A stretch of DNA of 56,634 nt, from assembly GCA_963845515.1 (NCBI GenBank), contig CAWJSR010000038.1, forward strand, positions 1 through 56,634, read 5' to 3'. Within the stretch, counting starts at the first letter, position 1; each line of letters opens with the position of its first letter. Both the position numbers and the translations under genes were made by a program. Source of the DNA: an uncultured delta proteobacterium (GTDB lineage: Bacteria; Myxococcota; Myxococcia; Myxococcales; Anaeromyxobacteraceae). The notes beneath the pieces were generated by a model that saw only the letters and a list, made by a program, of their open reading frames with translations, made no database searches and was not told the DNA's origin. Positions 39,832 through 49,049 of the stretch are shown piece by piece.

Positions 39832-40878
39832 CTAGCGCGTAGCCGTGAAGGTGGCCGTCGCCGCCTCGGGCTCCTGCCCGAGGTCGATGGTCGACTCCCA
39901 GTCACCGCCCGAGAGCCCGGCGCCGGTCGCCGTGGCCGCGCCGGTGTCGACGAGGATCCCCTCGACGGCCGCGGTGCCCGAGACGAAGTGGATCGCCTTG
40001 AAGTCGATGCCGAGGATCCGCTCCTCCAGCTCGGCGGTGGCCTCGTCGAGGCCGGCCTCGCAGATGGCCGTCAGCTCGCTCTCGTGGCCGACGCAGACGG
40101 CCGCGAAGCCGACGCCCACGCACTGGCCCGCGACGCTCCTCGCCACGGCGGCGCAGTCGACCATCGCGTCGAGCGCGGGGCCGATGCCGGCCGCGCCGAG
40201 CTGGCGCTCGAGGACGCCGTCCAGGCCGATCATCGCGTAGTGGCCGAACGGGATGCCCATCGCGTGGTCGCCGATGGTGACGATCGGAGCGGCGCCGGCC
40301 GACGCCCAGGAGACGGTCGCGACGACGCCGGTGGCGGCGGTCACCGGGGCGGTCAGGTCCGTGGGAACGACCACCGGATCACCGCCGGCGCTGAAGACGA
40401 GGGCGACCGGAGTGTGCGTCCCCGAGCCACCAGCGGGGAGGTCGAGCGTGGAGCGGAGGTCCCAGTCGAGCAGGACCGAGCGGACGAGGTCGTCGAGCGC
40501 GACGATCCGGGCGTGAGGGGAGGTTCCGTTCACCGTGGTGGCGTTCAGGGAGTCGTTCATCCAGCCCTCGAGCTGGTCCTCCAGCGAGTCGGGCAGGACC
40601 ATGCGCAGCTCGCCGAGCGCCGGCGTCCCGGCCGCCTCGGCCAGGTCGAGCAGCGCGCCAGCGGGGTTGACCGACAGCGAGTGGAGGAGGCGCAGGGAGT
40701 CACCCAGCGGTCCCGGGGCCGCGACCGTCGCCGGGACCTCGAACTGCGAGGTGAGCTGGTAGGTGCTGGTCAGCGCGGCCGGCGCGGGCGTGAGATCGAC
40801 CCCGGGGGTCCCGTCGTCTGGAGCCGGGGGCGTGCAGGCGGCGAGGAGGAGCGTGGCTGCGATGGCGACGTGGCGCAT
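39832..40878 (-). CDS. Hypothetical lipoprotein
   Basis: Lipobox LLAAC; Cys-containing C-terminal region. Confidence 0.7.
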   Translation of the reverse strand: MRHVAIAATLLLAACTPPAPDDGTPGVDLTPAPAALTSTYQLTSQFEVPATVAAPGPLGDSLRLLHSLSVNPAGALLDLAEAAGTPALGELRMVLPDSLEDQLEGWMNDSLNATTVNGTSPHARIVALDDLVRSVLLDWDLRSTLDLPAGGSGTHTPVALVFSAGGDPVVVPTDLTAPVTAATGVVATVSWASAGAAPIVTIGDHAMGIPFGHYAMIGLDGVLERQLGAAGIGPALDAMVDCAAVARSVAGQCVGVGFAAVCVGHESELTAICEAGLDEATAELEERILGIDFKAIHFVSGTAAVEGILVDTGAATATGAGLSGGDWESTIDLGQEPEAATATFTATR

Positions 40879-41060
40879 GCGCAGGTGCTTTTGCAACGTC
40901 CGGTCCAGCCGCCAGAGCAGCCCAACCCCCCGTGATCACTGGCCCCTACGTCGATGGCACACCGTGGCCCACGCGGAAAACCGTCGCTTATCCGCCACTC
41001 CCCGCCTCGAAGGGGCCGCGCGCAGCTCGCGCCGACCCGGTGGTGCTACGGTCGTCCGTC

Positions 41061-41640
41061 ATGACGACCGCATGGTTGGCCGGCGGAAGTGGGCTCGTGG
41101 GCGGTGTGCTGCTCGGACGGCTTCTCGCCGATGCGCACTTCGGCAAGGTGGTCTCGGTGGGGCGCGCAGGCTGCTCCTTACCCGAAGCTCGTCCAGGTCG
41201 TCTCGGAGCTCACGTCGCCGTCCGGGCTGGAGGCGCTCGAGCCGCCCACCGTCGCATTCAGCTGCCTCGGGACGACCATCAAGAAGGCGGGTTCGCGCGA
41301 CGCGTTCCGGGCCGTGGATCACGGCGCCGTCCTGGCCTTCGCGCGGGCTGCACGGCGGGGCGCGGCGTGTTCGTGACGTCTCGTCGCTCGGCGCGGACGT
41401 GAGCTCCCGCGCCTTCTACCTGTCGGTGAAGGGTGAGATCGAGCGCGACGTGGCGCAGCTCAGGTTCGCGAGCACCTACGCCCTTCGGCCGTCGATGCTC
41501 GACGGGAAGCGAGCGGAGAGCCGCCCCGCCGAGCAGGTCGGGCTCGTGGTGATGCGCGCGCTGGGTCCCCTGCTCGGGCAGTACCGGCCCACGCCAGTCG
41601 AGGCCGTCGCGCGGGTGATGATCGCCTCCGCGAAGGGGCG
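41061..41640 (+). pseudogene. NAD-dependent epimerase/dehydratase (YraR/TIP30-like), frameshifted
   Basis: AGGSGLVG / SCLGTTIKKAGS / SSLGAD...FYLSVKGE...RPSML in different frames. Confidence 0.75.
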
Positions 41641-41721
41641 GTGGGGCGTCGACGCATCGTACGTCCGCTTGCCCTCTCTGGGAGGTGCACCGCCGGCGCT
41701 GCGGCCACATGCTTCCGGCGA

Positions 41722-42183
41722 ATGCAGGAAGCGACCTCGACCTCTCCCTGGGCCTCGGCGCGGGAGCTCTCCTTCGCCCGCTTCTTCCTGGCCTCGCCCG
41801 ACCAGGTCTTCGACGCGTGGACTCGCAGCGATCGGCTCTCGAAGTGGTGGGGGCCGTCCGCCTTCACGATGGTCACCTGCGAGCTCGACGCCCGGCCCGG
41901 CGGCATCATCCGGCTGGCGATGCGCTCGCCAGACGGGAAGGTCCACGCCTCCCACGGCGCGTACCTGGAGTTCGATCGCCCCACCAGGCTCTGCTTCACC
42001 GAGGTGCTCGCCGACCATCCCGAGGAGACCTTCGTCACCGCGGTCACGTTCAAGGAGCTGGGGGCGATGACTCGAATGGACGTCACCCAGACCGCCGCCC
42101 GGGACGAGTCGCTCGCGAGCTGGCAGCCCGTCGGATGGCTGGAGAGCCTCACGAGGCTCTCGGAGCTGCTGCTGCCGATGTGA
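41722..42183 (+). CDS. SRPBCC/AHSA1-domain protein
   Basis: VFDAWT...KWWGP...DARPGG...GWLESLTRL. Confidence 0.85.
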   Translation: MQEATSTSPWASARELSFARFFLASPDQVFDAWTRSDRLSKWWGPSAFTMVTCELDARPGGIIRLAMRSPDGKVHASHGAYLEFDRPTRLCFTEVLADHPEETFVTAVTFKELGAMTRMDVTQTAARDESLASWQPVGWLESLTRLSELLLPM

Positions 42184-42197
42184 GCCGGCCAGCTCCG

Positions 42198-42584
42198 TCA
42201 GGAGCCGCTGGCGCGCGCCGAACCGTCGCCCTCTCCCAGCCCCTCGGCGGTGATCCACTCCCCCACCGACATCATCACGTCGAACCTCGCCACGGCGGCC
42301 ACCGCGCTGGCGAGGTCGGCGTGGAGCCACTCACGCTGCCCGCCGGAGCGATCGTCGAGCGCGTCGAACGCGTTGTCCGAGGCCTGGAGCACGATCGGGT
42401 CGCGGAAGATCCAGAGATGCTCCGACGTCTCCGCCGACTCGATCCGGCGCAGCACCTGGAGGGCCGTCTCGAGGTAGTCGTCGGCGTCCACGTCGCGCGC
42501 GTTGACCCGCGCGACGACCCACTCGGCCATCGCCTCCACCGCCGCCCGGTAACGGACCCGCTGTTCGTCGTCGATCTTCGGCAC
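42198..42584 (-). CDS. Hypothetical protein
   Basis: GGAGAG RBS + GTG start; coding-like helical ORF. Confidence 0.55.
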   Translation of the reverse strand: MPKIDDEQRVRYRAAVEAMAEWVVARVNARDVDADDYLETALQVLRRIESAETSEHLWIFRDPIVLQASDNAFDALDDRSGGQREWLHADLASAVAAVARFDVMMSVGEWITAEGLGEGDGSARASGS

Positions 42585-42753
42585 GCTCTCCAGCGCGGGC
42601 CTGCGCTCACGCTGCCTCCTGCGCCGGGCGTATAGCACGCAACATTCTTCCCCCGGGAACCTTCCATCTCTCGGAGCCCCTGCGACGCCCTGCATGCGTC
42701 ATTCTGCGCATGCGACGCACATGGGAGGCGGGGTCGGATATCGGGCGGTGTCG

Positions 42754-43167
42754 TCAGCGGGGCTCGGTCAGCCGCGCGGCGAGCCCCTCGATCCCCTGTC
42801 GCCAGCGGGGGAACTCCTCCTCGTTCTCCGCCCAGAGCTCCTGGAGCTCCGAGGCCGCGCCGATCACGCGCACGCAGGCCTTCGCGGCGGCCGCCCGCAG
42901 CGGCAGCGCCTCGGCGAGGTCGAGCGCAGCGAGCCACGCCCGGACCTCCTCGTCGCCGCCCGCCAGGTTGGAGCGGTTCAGCACGGCGTCCACGACCGCG
43001 GCGGCGACCAGCGCCGACTGGCCTGCGTCGTACTCCAGGTAGGACGCGCCCTCGGCGGCCTCCAGCGCCTCGCGGATCATGGCCATCGGATCTTCGTCGG
43101 CGCGAAGCTCCTCGAGGAAGTCGAGTGCTGTGTCGTCCTGGAGGATGCCGGTGCCCCACGCGCCCAT
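42754..43167 (-). CDS. DUF4259-family protein
   Basis: MGAWGTGILQDDTALDFL...SELQELWAE. Confidence 0.85.
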   Translation of the reverse strand: MGAWGTGILQDDTALDFLEELRADEDPMAMIREALEAAEGASYLEYDAGQSALVAAAVVDAVLNRSNLAGGDEEVRAWLAALDLAEALPLRAAAAKACVRVIGAASELQELWAENEEEFPRWRQGIEGLAARLTEPR

Positions 43168-43268
43168 GTGTCGCCTCCCCTTTGCCAGCGTCCAGATTAC
43201 TCCATCCCCCTCGCGGCTCTGGTGGGTAGGGCGCGAGAAAGCGCGCGCCGGTGGGAAGTACCAGCGAC

Positions 43269-44648
43269 ATGTTCGGCATCAGCATCGCCAGCGACCGTGA
43301 GAGGGTCCACGAGAAGGCGCGCCGCCTCGCGGCAAAGGGGGACCTCCGCAGGGCCATCGCGGCGCTGAAGGGCTGGCTGGTCTCGGACATCACCGACGAC
43401 CGCACGCTCCTGAAGCTCGCCGACCTCTACAGGCGCAGCGGCGATGACCCCTCCGCCGTCGCGGCCTTCTCGCAGGCTGCCGAGCTCTACTCGGCCCGCG
43501 GCTTCGCGCTCAAGGCCGCCGCCGCGCTCCGGCAGGCCGCCGCGATCGCGCCGGAGCAGCTCTCGCTCCTGGAGCGGCTGGGCGAGGTGAACGCCGAGCT
43601 GGGCATGGCCCGCGAGGCTGCCATCCTCCTGGAGCAGGTCGCAGCGGCCGTCGCCCCCACCGGGGATCGGGCACGGCTGATCGCCCTCCGTCGGCGGATC
43701 CTGCTGCTCCTCCCCGCAGACGTCGGCGCGGTCATCCGGCTCGCCGACCTGCTCGTCGAGGGGGGCCAGCGGGAGGAGCCGATCCGGCTGCTGGAGCAGG
43801 CGGCCGAGTCGCAGCGGGATCCCGGGCAGCTCGAGGTCTGGCTCCTGATCCAGGAGCGGCTCGTGGCCCTCCAGCCGGGTGACGTCCGCCGCGCGAGGGA
43901 GCTGGCCCGCGCGCTCCTCTCCTGCTCCTCCCCGAAGCGCGCGCTCCCCCGGCTCAAGGCCTGCCTCGCCGCCGATCCCGGCGACGTCGAGAGCCTGGCG
44001 CTGCTCGCGCGGGCCTTCGAGTCGCTCGGGCTCGTCCCGAAGTCCGCCGCGGCGTGGCGGGAGGTCGCCCACGCGCACCAGCGCGCCGGCCGTGCCGACG
44101 AGCTCGCTGCCGCCTGGCAGAAGGTCCGCGAGCTGCTGCCGGAGGACGCGGAGGCCGCCAACGCCCTCGCGCCGCCTGACCTGGCGCCGCGCGATCCGTC
44201 GGCGTCCCTGGCCGACGAGCTGGCCGAGGCCGACTTCCTTGCTGAGCACGGCGCGGTCGTCGACGCGCGCGGCATGCTCCTGCGGCTGCGCGAGCTCTTC
44301 CCCGGCTCGGAGGCCGTCACCGATCGGCTCGCCGAGCTCGACGTCGAGACGATCGCACCCTCCGATCTCATAGACCTCGAGGAGGAGGAGCTGGTCCTCT
44401 TCGAGGAGGGCTCGCGGGACTCGACCACGGCCATCCTCCGGCGCGCGGGCTGCGAGCCGATCTTCATCGTCGCCGAGACCGCGACGCATCCGGACCTGGC
44501 GGCGGCCATGGTCGGCCTCGTGCGGCTCATCGCCGCCGCGCCGTGGTCCGGTGTCCGAGCCCGCGATACTGTCGCCACATGGCCAGCGCGCCAGCTCCTC
44601 CTCGGTCCCTCTCCAAGTCGCGCTTCTGCTACGGCCTCCAGTGCGTGA
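43269..44648 (+). CDS. Tetratricopeptide-repeat protein
   Basis: Repeated TPR-like helices; LAEADF motif; tail overlaps the next gene by 70 nt. Confidence 0.7.
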   Translation: MFGISIASDRERVHEKARRLAAKGDLRRAIAALKGWLVSDITDDRTLLKLADLYRRSGDDPSAVAAFSQAAELYSARGFALKAAAALRQAAAIAPEQLSLLERLGEVNAELGMAREAAILLEQVAAAVAPTGDRARLIALRRRILLLLPADVGAVIRLADLLVEGGQREEPIRLLEQAAESQRDPGQLEVWLLIQERLVALQPGDVRRARELARALLSCSSPKRALPRLKACLAADPGDVESLALLARAFESLGLVPKSAAAWREVAHAHQRAGRADELAAAWQKVRELLPEDAEAANALAPPDLAPRDPSASLADELAEADFLAEHGAVVDARGMLLRLRELFPGSEAVTDRLAELDVETIAPSDLIDLEEEELVLFEEGSRDSTTAILRRAGCEPIFIVAETATHPDLAAAMVGLVRLIAAAPWSGVRARDTVATWPARQLLLGPSPSRASATASSA

Positions 44649-46069
44649 AGCAGCTCTGGTGGCGCGTGCACGAGCCGGACGCGCCGGAGCTGGTCCCAGG
44701 TCCGTCGCTGCAGGCGGTCTTCGATCGCGGCCACGAGGTCGGCGAGCGGGCGCAGCGGGAGTTCCCGGGCGGTACGCTCATCGGCCACGAGCACTGGGAG
44801 ATCGAGGAGAAGCTGGCCGACACGCAGGCGGCGCTCGCCGCGGATGCGCCGGCCATCTACGAGGCGGCCTTCCTGGCCGACGGCGTCTACGTCGCGGTCG
44901 ACGTGCTGGAGCGGCGCCGCGGCGGCCACGCCATCGTGGAGGTCAAGTCGACCCTCTCTGTGAAGGCGCCGCACCTCCCCGACGTCGCGATCCAGCTCCA
45001 CGTCCTGCGTGCGTGCGGCCTCCCGGTGCAGCGCGCGGACGTGATGCACCTCAACCGCGCGTGCCGCTTCCCCGACCTCTCCAACCTCTTCGTCCGCGAG
45101 GACGTGACGCAGGAGGTCGAGGCGCTCCTCCCGCAGATCCCCGCCCAGCTCGCGCGGATGAGGGAGGCGATCGAGGGACCGCTCCCAGCCGTCGCGATCG
45201 GCCCGCACTGCACCGATCCCTACGCGTGCCCGTTCATGGCCCGCTGCTGGCCACGCGTCGGCGACGATCACGTCTCCACCATCTACATGGGGCGCAAGCT
45301 CCCCGAGCGGCTCCTCGCCGCCGGGATCGAGTCGATCAAGGACATCCCGGAGGACACCGCCCTGTCGGCCGTCCAGTCGCGGCAGGTCCGCGCGGTGAAG
45401 GCGGGCAGCGTGGTGGTCGAGCAGGGGCTGGCCGACACGCTCGACGACCTCGTGCCGCCGGTCGCGTATCTCGACTTCGAGACGATCGCCCCCGCCATCC
45501 CCGCCTGGCCCGGCTGCGGCCCGTTCACGGCGGTGCCGGTACAGGTGAGCTGCCACGTGGTCGACGCCGGCGGCGCGATGGAGCACCACGAGTGGCTCGC
45601 CGACGGCCCCGGCGACCCGCGCCCGGCGATGGCCGAGGCGGTGGTCCGCGCCTGCGCGGGGGCCAGGACGGTGGTCGCCTACAACGCGCCCTTCGAGCGG
45701 CGCTGCCTCGACCACCTCGCCGAGCACGTCCCCGCCCGGCGGGAGGCGCTCGAGGCGGTCTCGGCGAAGCTCCTCGACCTGCTCCCGATCGTCCGCGACC
45801 ACGTCTACCACCCCGCCTTCGGCGGCAGCTTCAGCATGAAGGCGGTCGGGCCGGCGCTCCTCGCGGGGCTGAGCTACGACGACCTCGAGATCGGCGAGGG
45901 GGGCGCGGCCTCGACGGCGCTCGAGGGGCTGCTCCTCGGTGGCGAGCTGCCGGCACCCGAGCGGGACGCGCTGCGCGCGCACCTGCTCGAGTACTGCGCG
46001 CAGGACACGCTCGCGATGGTGAAGCTGGTCGAGCACCTGAGGGGGCTGGCGTCCAGCCGGGGCCGCTGA
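44579..46069 (+). CDS. DUF2779-domain protein (PD-(D/E)XK-like nuclease + RNase H-like exonuclease)
   Basis: LSKSRF...QCVK, VDVL...EVKS, DVAIQ, C..PY.CPF..RC, LDFET, YNAPFE, SFSMK, YCAQD. Confidence 0.85.
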   Translation: MASAPAPPRSLSKSRFCYGLQCVKQLWWRVHEPDAPELVPGPSLQAVFDRGHEVGERAQREFPGGTLIGHEHWEIEEKLADTQAALAADAPAIYEAAFLADGVYVAVDVLERRRGGHAIVEVKSTLSVKAPHLPDVAIQLHVLRACGLPVQRADVMHLNRACRFPDLSNLFVREDVTQEVEALLPQIPAQLARMREAIEGPLPAVAIGPHCTDPYACPFMARCWPRVGDDHVSTIYMGRKLPERLLAAGIESIKDIPEDTALSAVQSRQVRAVKAGSVVVEQGLADTLDDLVPPVAYLDFETIAPAIPAWPGCGPFTAVPVQVSCHVVDAGGAMEHHEWLADGPGDPRPAMAEAVVRACAGARTVVAYNAPFERRCLDHLAEHVPARREALEAVSAKLLDLLPIVRDHVYHPAFGGSFSMKAVGPALLAGLSYDDLEIGEGGAASTALEGLLLGGELPAPERDALRAHLLEYCAQDTLAMVKLVEHLRGLASSRGR

Positions 46070-46088
46070 CCGTGTAGGATCCCCGCCT

Positions 46089-47132
46089 ATGTCGGGAACC
46101 CGGCGCGCCGTCTTCCTCAGCGACCTCCACCTCGGCTCCCACCCCGGGCTAGACGACTTCGTCTGGGACGCGCAGCTCGCCGCCCTCCTTGAGGCGGTCG
46201 AGCTGAACCCGCGCCCCGGCGGCCAGGTCGACCTCGTCCTCCTCGGCGACGTCTTCGATCTGTGGCAGGCGGTCACCGACGAGGAGTGCCAGCAGGAGGA
46301 CTGCCAGTGCGTCCTCGCGTCCGGCCTCGCCTCCGACCTGGCGCGGCTCGACTCCATCCACGCGCGTCACCCGAAGGTCTTCGCCGCGCTGGGGCGCTTC
46401 GCCCTGCGCCCCGGCTGCCGGCTCTTCGTCGTCCCCGGCAACCACGACCACGTGCTGATCCGCCCCGAGGCGCAGGCCCGGCTCGCGGCCCACCTCGGCG
46501 TCCGCCCGGGGCAGCACCTCTGGTTCGCCCCGTTCTACGAGGACACCGCGCTCGGGCTCTACGCGGAGCACGGCTCGCAGTTCCAGGCGAACAACGCGTA
46601 CGCCGACTGGGGATCGATCGCGCGGCAGGACGAGGCGGCCGGCTTCTTCTTCCAGACGCTCGTCCTCAACCCGATCGAGCTGCTCGAGCCGTCGGTGGAC
46701 GACCCGCCGCCCTTCGACTGGGACTCCCTGTGGGCGTCCCTGCGGGCCTTCCTCCCCTGGCTCGCGTCAGTCGTGCGCCCCAGCCGGCTCCGGGCCATCC
46801 TCCGTTACTACCTGCGCTACCGGAGCTGTCCGCACGTCCCCCGGCACATGTCTCTGCTCGGTGGACGGAGGAAGGACGTCTCGTGGGCGGAGCGGCTCTA
46901 CACGGACAGCCCCTCCTTCCGCGAGCGGCTCTCGCTGGACGAGACAAAGTTCGTCGTCCTGGGCCACACGCACCACGCGCGGCACGAGGTGCTAACGAAC
47001 GGCGCCATCTACTTCAACACCGGCGCCTGGACGGGGGCCTCCAGCAGCCTGCCGCTCGTCGTCGTCGAGGCCCTGGCGGGCGCACCACCGTTCGCGCGGC
47101 TGCGCCACTTCCGCGACGGACGGATCGCCTAG
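46089..47132 (+). CDS. Calcineurin-like metallophosphoesterase
   Basis: SDLHLG, GDVFD, GNHD, EHG, GHTH, NTGAW. Confidence 0.88.
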   Translation: MSGTRRAVFLSDLHLGSHPGLDDFVWDAQLAALLEAVELNPRPGGQVDLVLLGDVFDLWQAVTDEECQQEDCQCVLASGLASDLARLDSIHARHPKVFAALGRFALRPGCRLFVVPGNHDHVLIRPEAQARLAAHLGVRPGQHLWFAPFYEDTALGLYAEHGSQFQANNAYADWGSIARQDEAAGFFFQTLVLNPIELLEPSVDDPPPFDWDSLWASLRAFLPWLASVVRPSRLRAILRYYLRYRSCPHVPRHMSLLGGRRKDVSWAERLYTDSPSFRERLSLDETKFVVLGHTHHARHEVLTNGAIYFNTGAWTGASSSLPLVVVEALAGAPPFARLRHFRDGRIA

Positions 47133-48196
47133 CCGCGCCGCCGCCGTCCGCGCCGGAGCGCACGGGCCAGGGCGAGCACCGCAGCGGCGCCCGCCATCCC
47201 CATCGGCGCACCGCCCGCCGAGCACGCTCCGCAGTCCTTCACGACGTGCCGCTCGCTCCGGAAGTCGGAGGGATCGAGGCTGTCCACCAGCTCGATGTCC
47301 ACCGTGGCGCCTCCGGCGGGGAAGGTCACGTCGACCACCGACAGCCGCTCGCCGTCCAGCGAGGCAGCCTTCAGCACGGGGAAGTCGGCGAGCTGCGCCT
47401 GGCCGAGCGTTCCGGAGAAGTAGCGCTCCCACCGGAAGGATCCAGCGACCGCCTTCGCGGTCGGGGCGAGGACCGCGACCCGCCAGAGCGGCGGCGGCGC
47501 CCCCGCCGTGTTCACGCTGGTGATCCGCGCCGGGATGACCGGTGACGGCGACGCGAAGGAGACCTGGATGGGCCCCAGGTCACCGCAGAGCTTCATCCCC
47601 GCGGGCGGGGCGCTCGCGCCAGCCGTCACCTCGAACGCCACGAAGTACCAGCCCGCGTCGACGTAGTACGCGTAGGCGGCGGCGCCGCCGGGGTCGTCTG
47701 GGTAGCCCTTCGCGGCCAGCCAGTCGGTGAACCTCGCGGCGGTGTCCGCCTGGAGCAGCGTCCAGGTGAAGATGCCGACCGTGCCTCGATCGATCACGTC
47801 GACGCCGGACCCGATCCCGGGTGGCCCCTCGTCCTTCCCGCCGGCCACGCTCCCGCAGCCGATCGGAGTGCTGGACTCGCAGACCTCCACGAGGGTCGGC
47901 TCGGTGTACCGGTCGAGCTCCTCGAAGAGCGCGGCGTCGGCGAGCGCTGGGGGCCCGGCCAGCGCCGCCGGGATCGGCAGGATCAGCCCGAACTCGGCCG
48001 CGGCGCCGCAGAAGCGCGGCCTGAAGACGTAGCTCTCGAGCCCTTCGCGGTGCGTGACCACGATCACCTGGTTGGGGTCGACCTCGACCTCCTCGGCGTA
48101 GAAGCCGCCGCACGCGGCAGCCACCGAGGGGGCGAGCGCCGACACGAGCGCCGCCGCGAGGATCGCCGCGCGGCCACACCAGCGTCGGCGGGTCAT
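47129..48196 (-). CDS. DUF2330-like exported protein with MYXO-CTERM-like anchor
   Basis: Signal peptide + ACGGF; FGLILPIP; C-terminal GACSAGG-hydrophobic-RRR. Confidence 0.75.
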   Translation of the reverse strand: MTRRRWCGRAAILAAALVSALAPSVAAACGGFYAEEVEVDPNQVIVVTHREGLESYVFRPRFCGAAAEFGLILPIPAALAGPPALADAALFEELDRYTEPTLVEVCESSTPIGCGSVAGGKDEGPPGIGSGVDVIDRGTVGIFTWTLLQADTAARFTDWLAAKGYPDDPGGAAAYAYYVDAGWYFVAFEVTAGASAPPAGMKLCGDLGPIQVSFASPSPVIPARITSVNTAGAPPPLWRVAVLAPTAKAVAGSFRWERYFSGTLGQAQLADFPVLKAASLDGERLSVVDVTFPAGGATVDIELVDSLDPSDFRSERHVVKDCGACSAGGAPMGMAGAAAVLALARALRRGRRRRG

Positions 48197-48972
48197 CGCT
48201 CGCCTCCCGCCGGGTAGGCGCAGCGGAAGCCGACGTTGTCGGCCCAGGCCGCGGGGAGCTCCGCCTTCCGGCAGGAGACCCGCAGGCTGCTCGCGCCGCT
48301 CTCCCAGCAGCCGCCGCGCATGACCTTCAGGCTCCCGTAGGCGGGCCCCTGCGGATCGCTCGCCGGGCTCACGCGGTAGTAGTCGGGCGCGTACCAGTCT
48401 GCGACCCACTCCCAGACGTTGCCGGCCAGGTCGAGCGCGCCGAAGGGGCTCGCGCCAGCGGGGCGCTGCCCGACGCGGTCGGTGTCGCCGACGCAGCCGT
48501 CCACGCCCCCCATGTTGGCGCGCGTGCAGTCGGGCGGCTCGTCACCCCACGGGAACTCGCGCCGGTCCGGGGCCGCGCCGCGCGCGCTCTTCTCCCACTC
48601 CGCCTCCGTGGGCAGCCGGCCGCCGGCGAAGCGGCAGAACCGGTCGGCCTGCGCCCAGCTCACGAAGATGACCGGGTAGCCGTCGAAGCCGGGATCGTCG
48701 AAGTAGCGCGCCCGCTGGTGTGAGCCGGGGAGCGCCGGCCGCGTGCACGGGCCGGCGTCGACGCAGCGGCGGTAGCGCGCGTTCGTCACCTCGTGCCGGT
48801 CCAGCCTGAAGCGCGCGACGTCGACCGCGTGGACCGGGCGCTCGTCTGCGGCGCCGCGATCGCTCCCCATCACGAACGGTCCCGACGGCACCACGACCGC
48901 CGCCGGCTCCAGCGCGTCGGCGGGGCCGGCGAGGAACAGCGCCGCCAGCAGGGTGCTCTCGAGCCAGGCCAT
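48193..48972 (-). CDS. FGE-sulfatase (SUMF1/EgtB-like) domain protein
   Basis: FVMGS, EVTN, RLPTEAEWEK, DLAGNVWEW, RGG, GFRC. Confidence 0.9.
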   Translation of the reverse strand: MAWLESTLLAALFLAGPADALEPAAVVVPSGPFVMGSDRGAADERPVHAVDVARFRLDRHEVTNARYRRCVDAGPCTRPALPGSHQRARYFDDPGFDGYPVIFVSWAQADRFCRFAGGRLPTEAEWEKSARGAAPDRREFPWGDEPPDCTRANMGGVDGCVGDTDRVGQRPAGASPFGALDLAGNVWEWVADWYAPDYYRVSPASDPQGPAYGSLKVMRGGCWESGASSLRVSCRKAELPAAWADNVGFRCAYPAGGER

Positions 48973-49049
48973 GTCCCCCCCAGGTGAGTGCGCGTCGGGC
49001 GCTCACCATTGGCGCATGGCCGCACCGATCGTTCAAGTGGTTCCGCCCG

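Noticed and set aside
43487..46357. 956-aa minus-strand ORF
   Set aside because: Antisense to the TPR and DUF2779 genes
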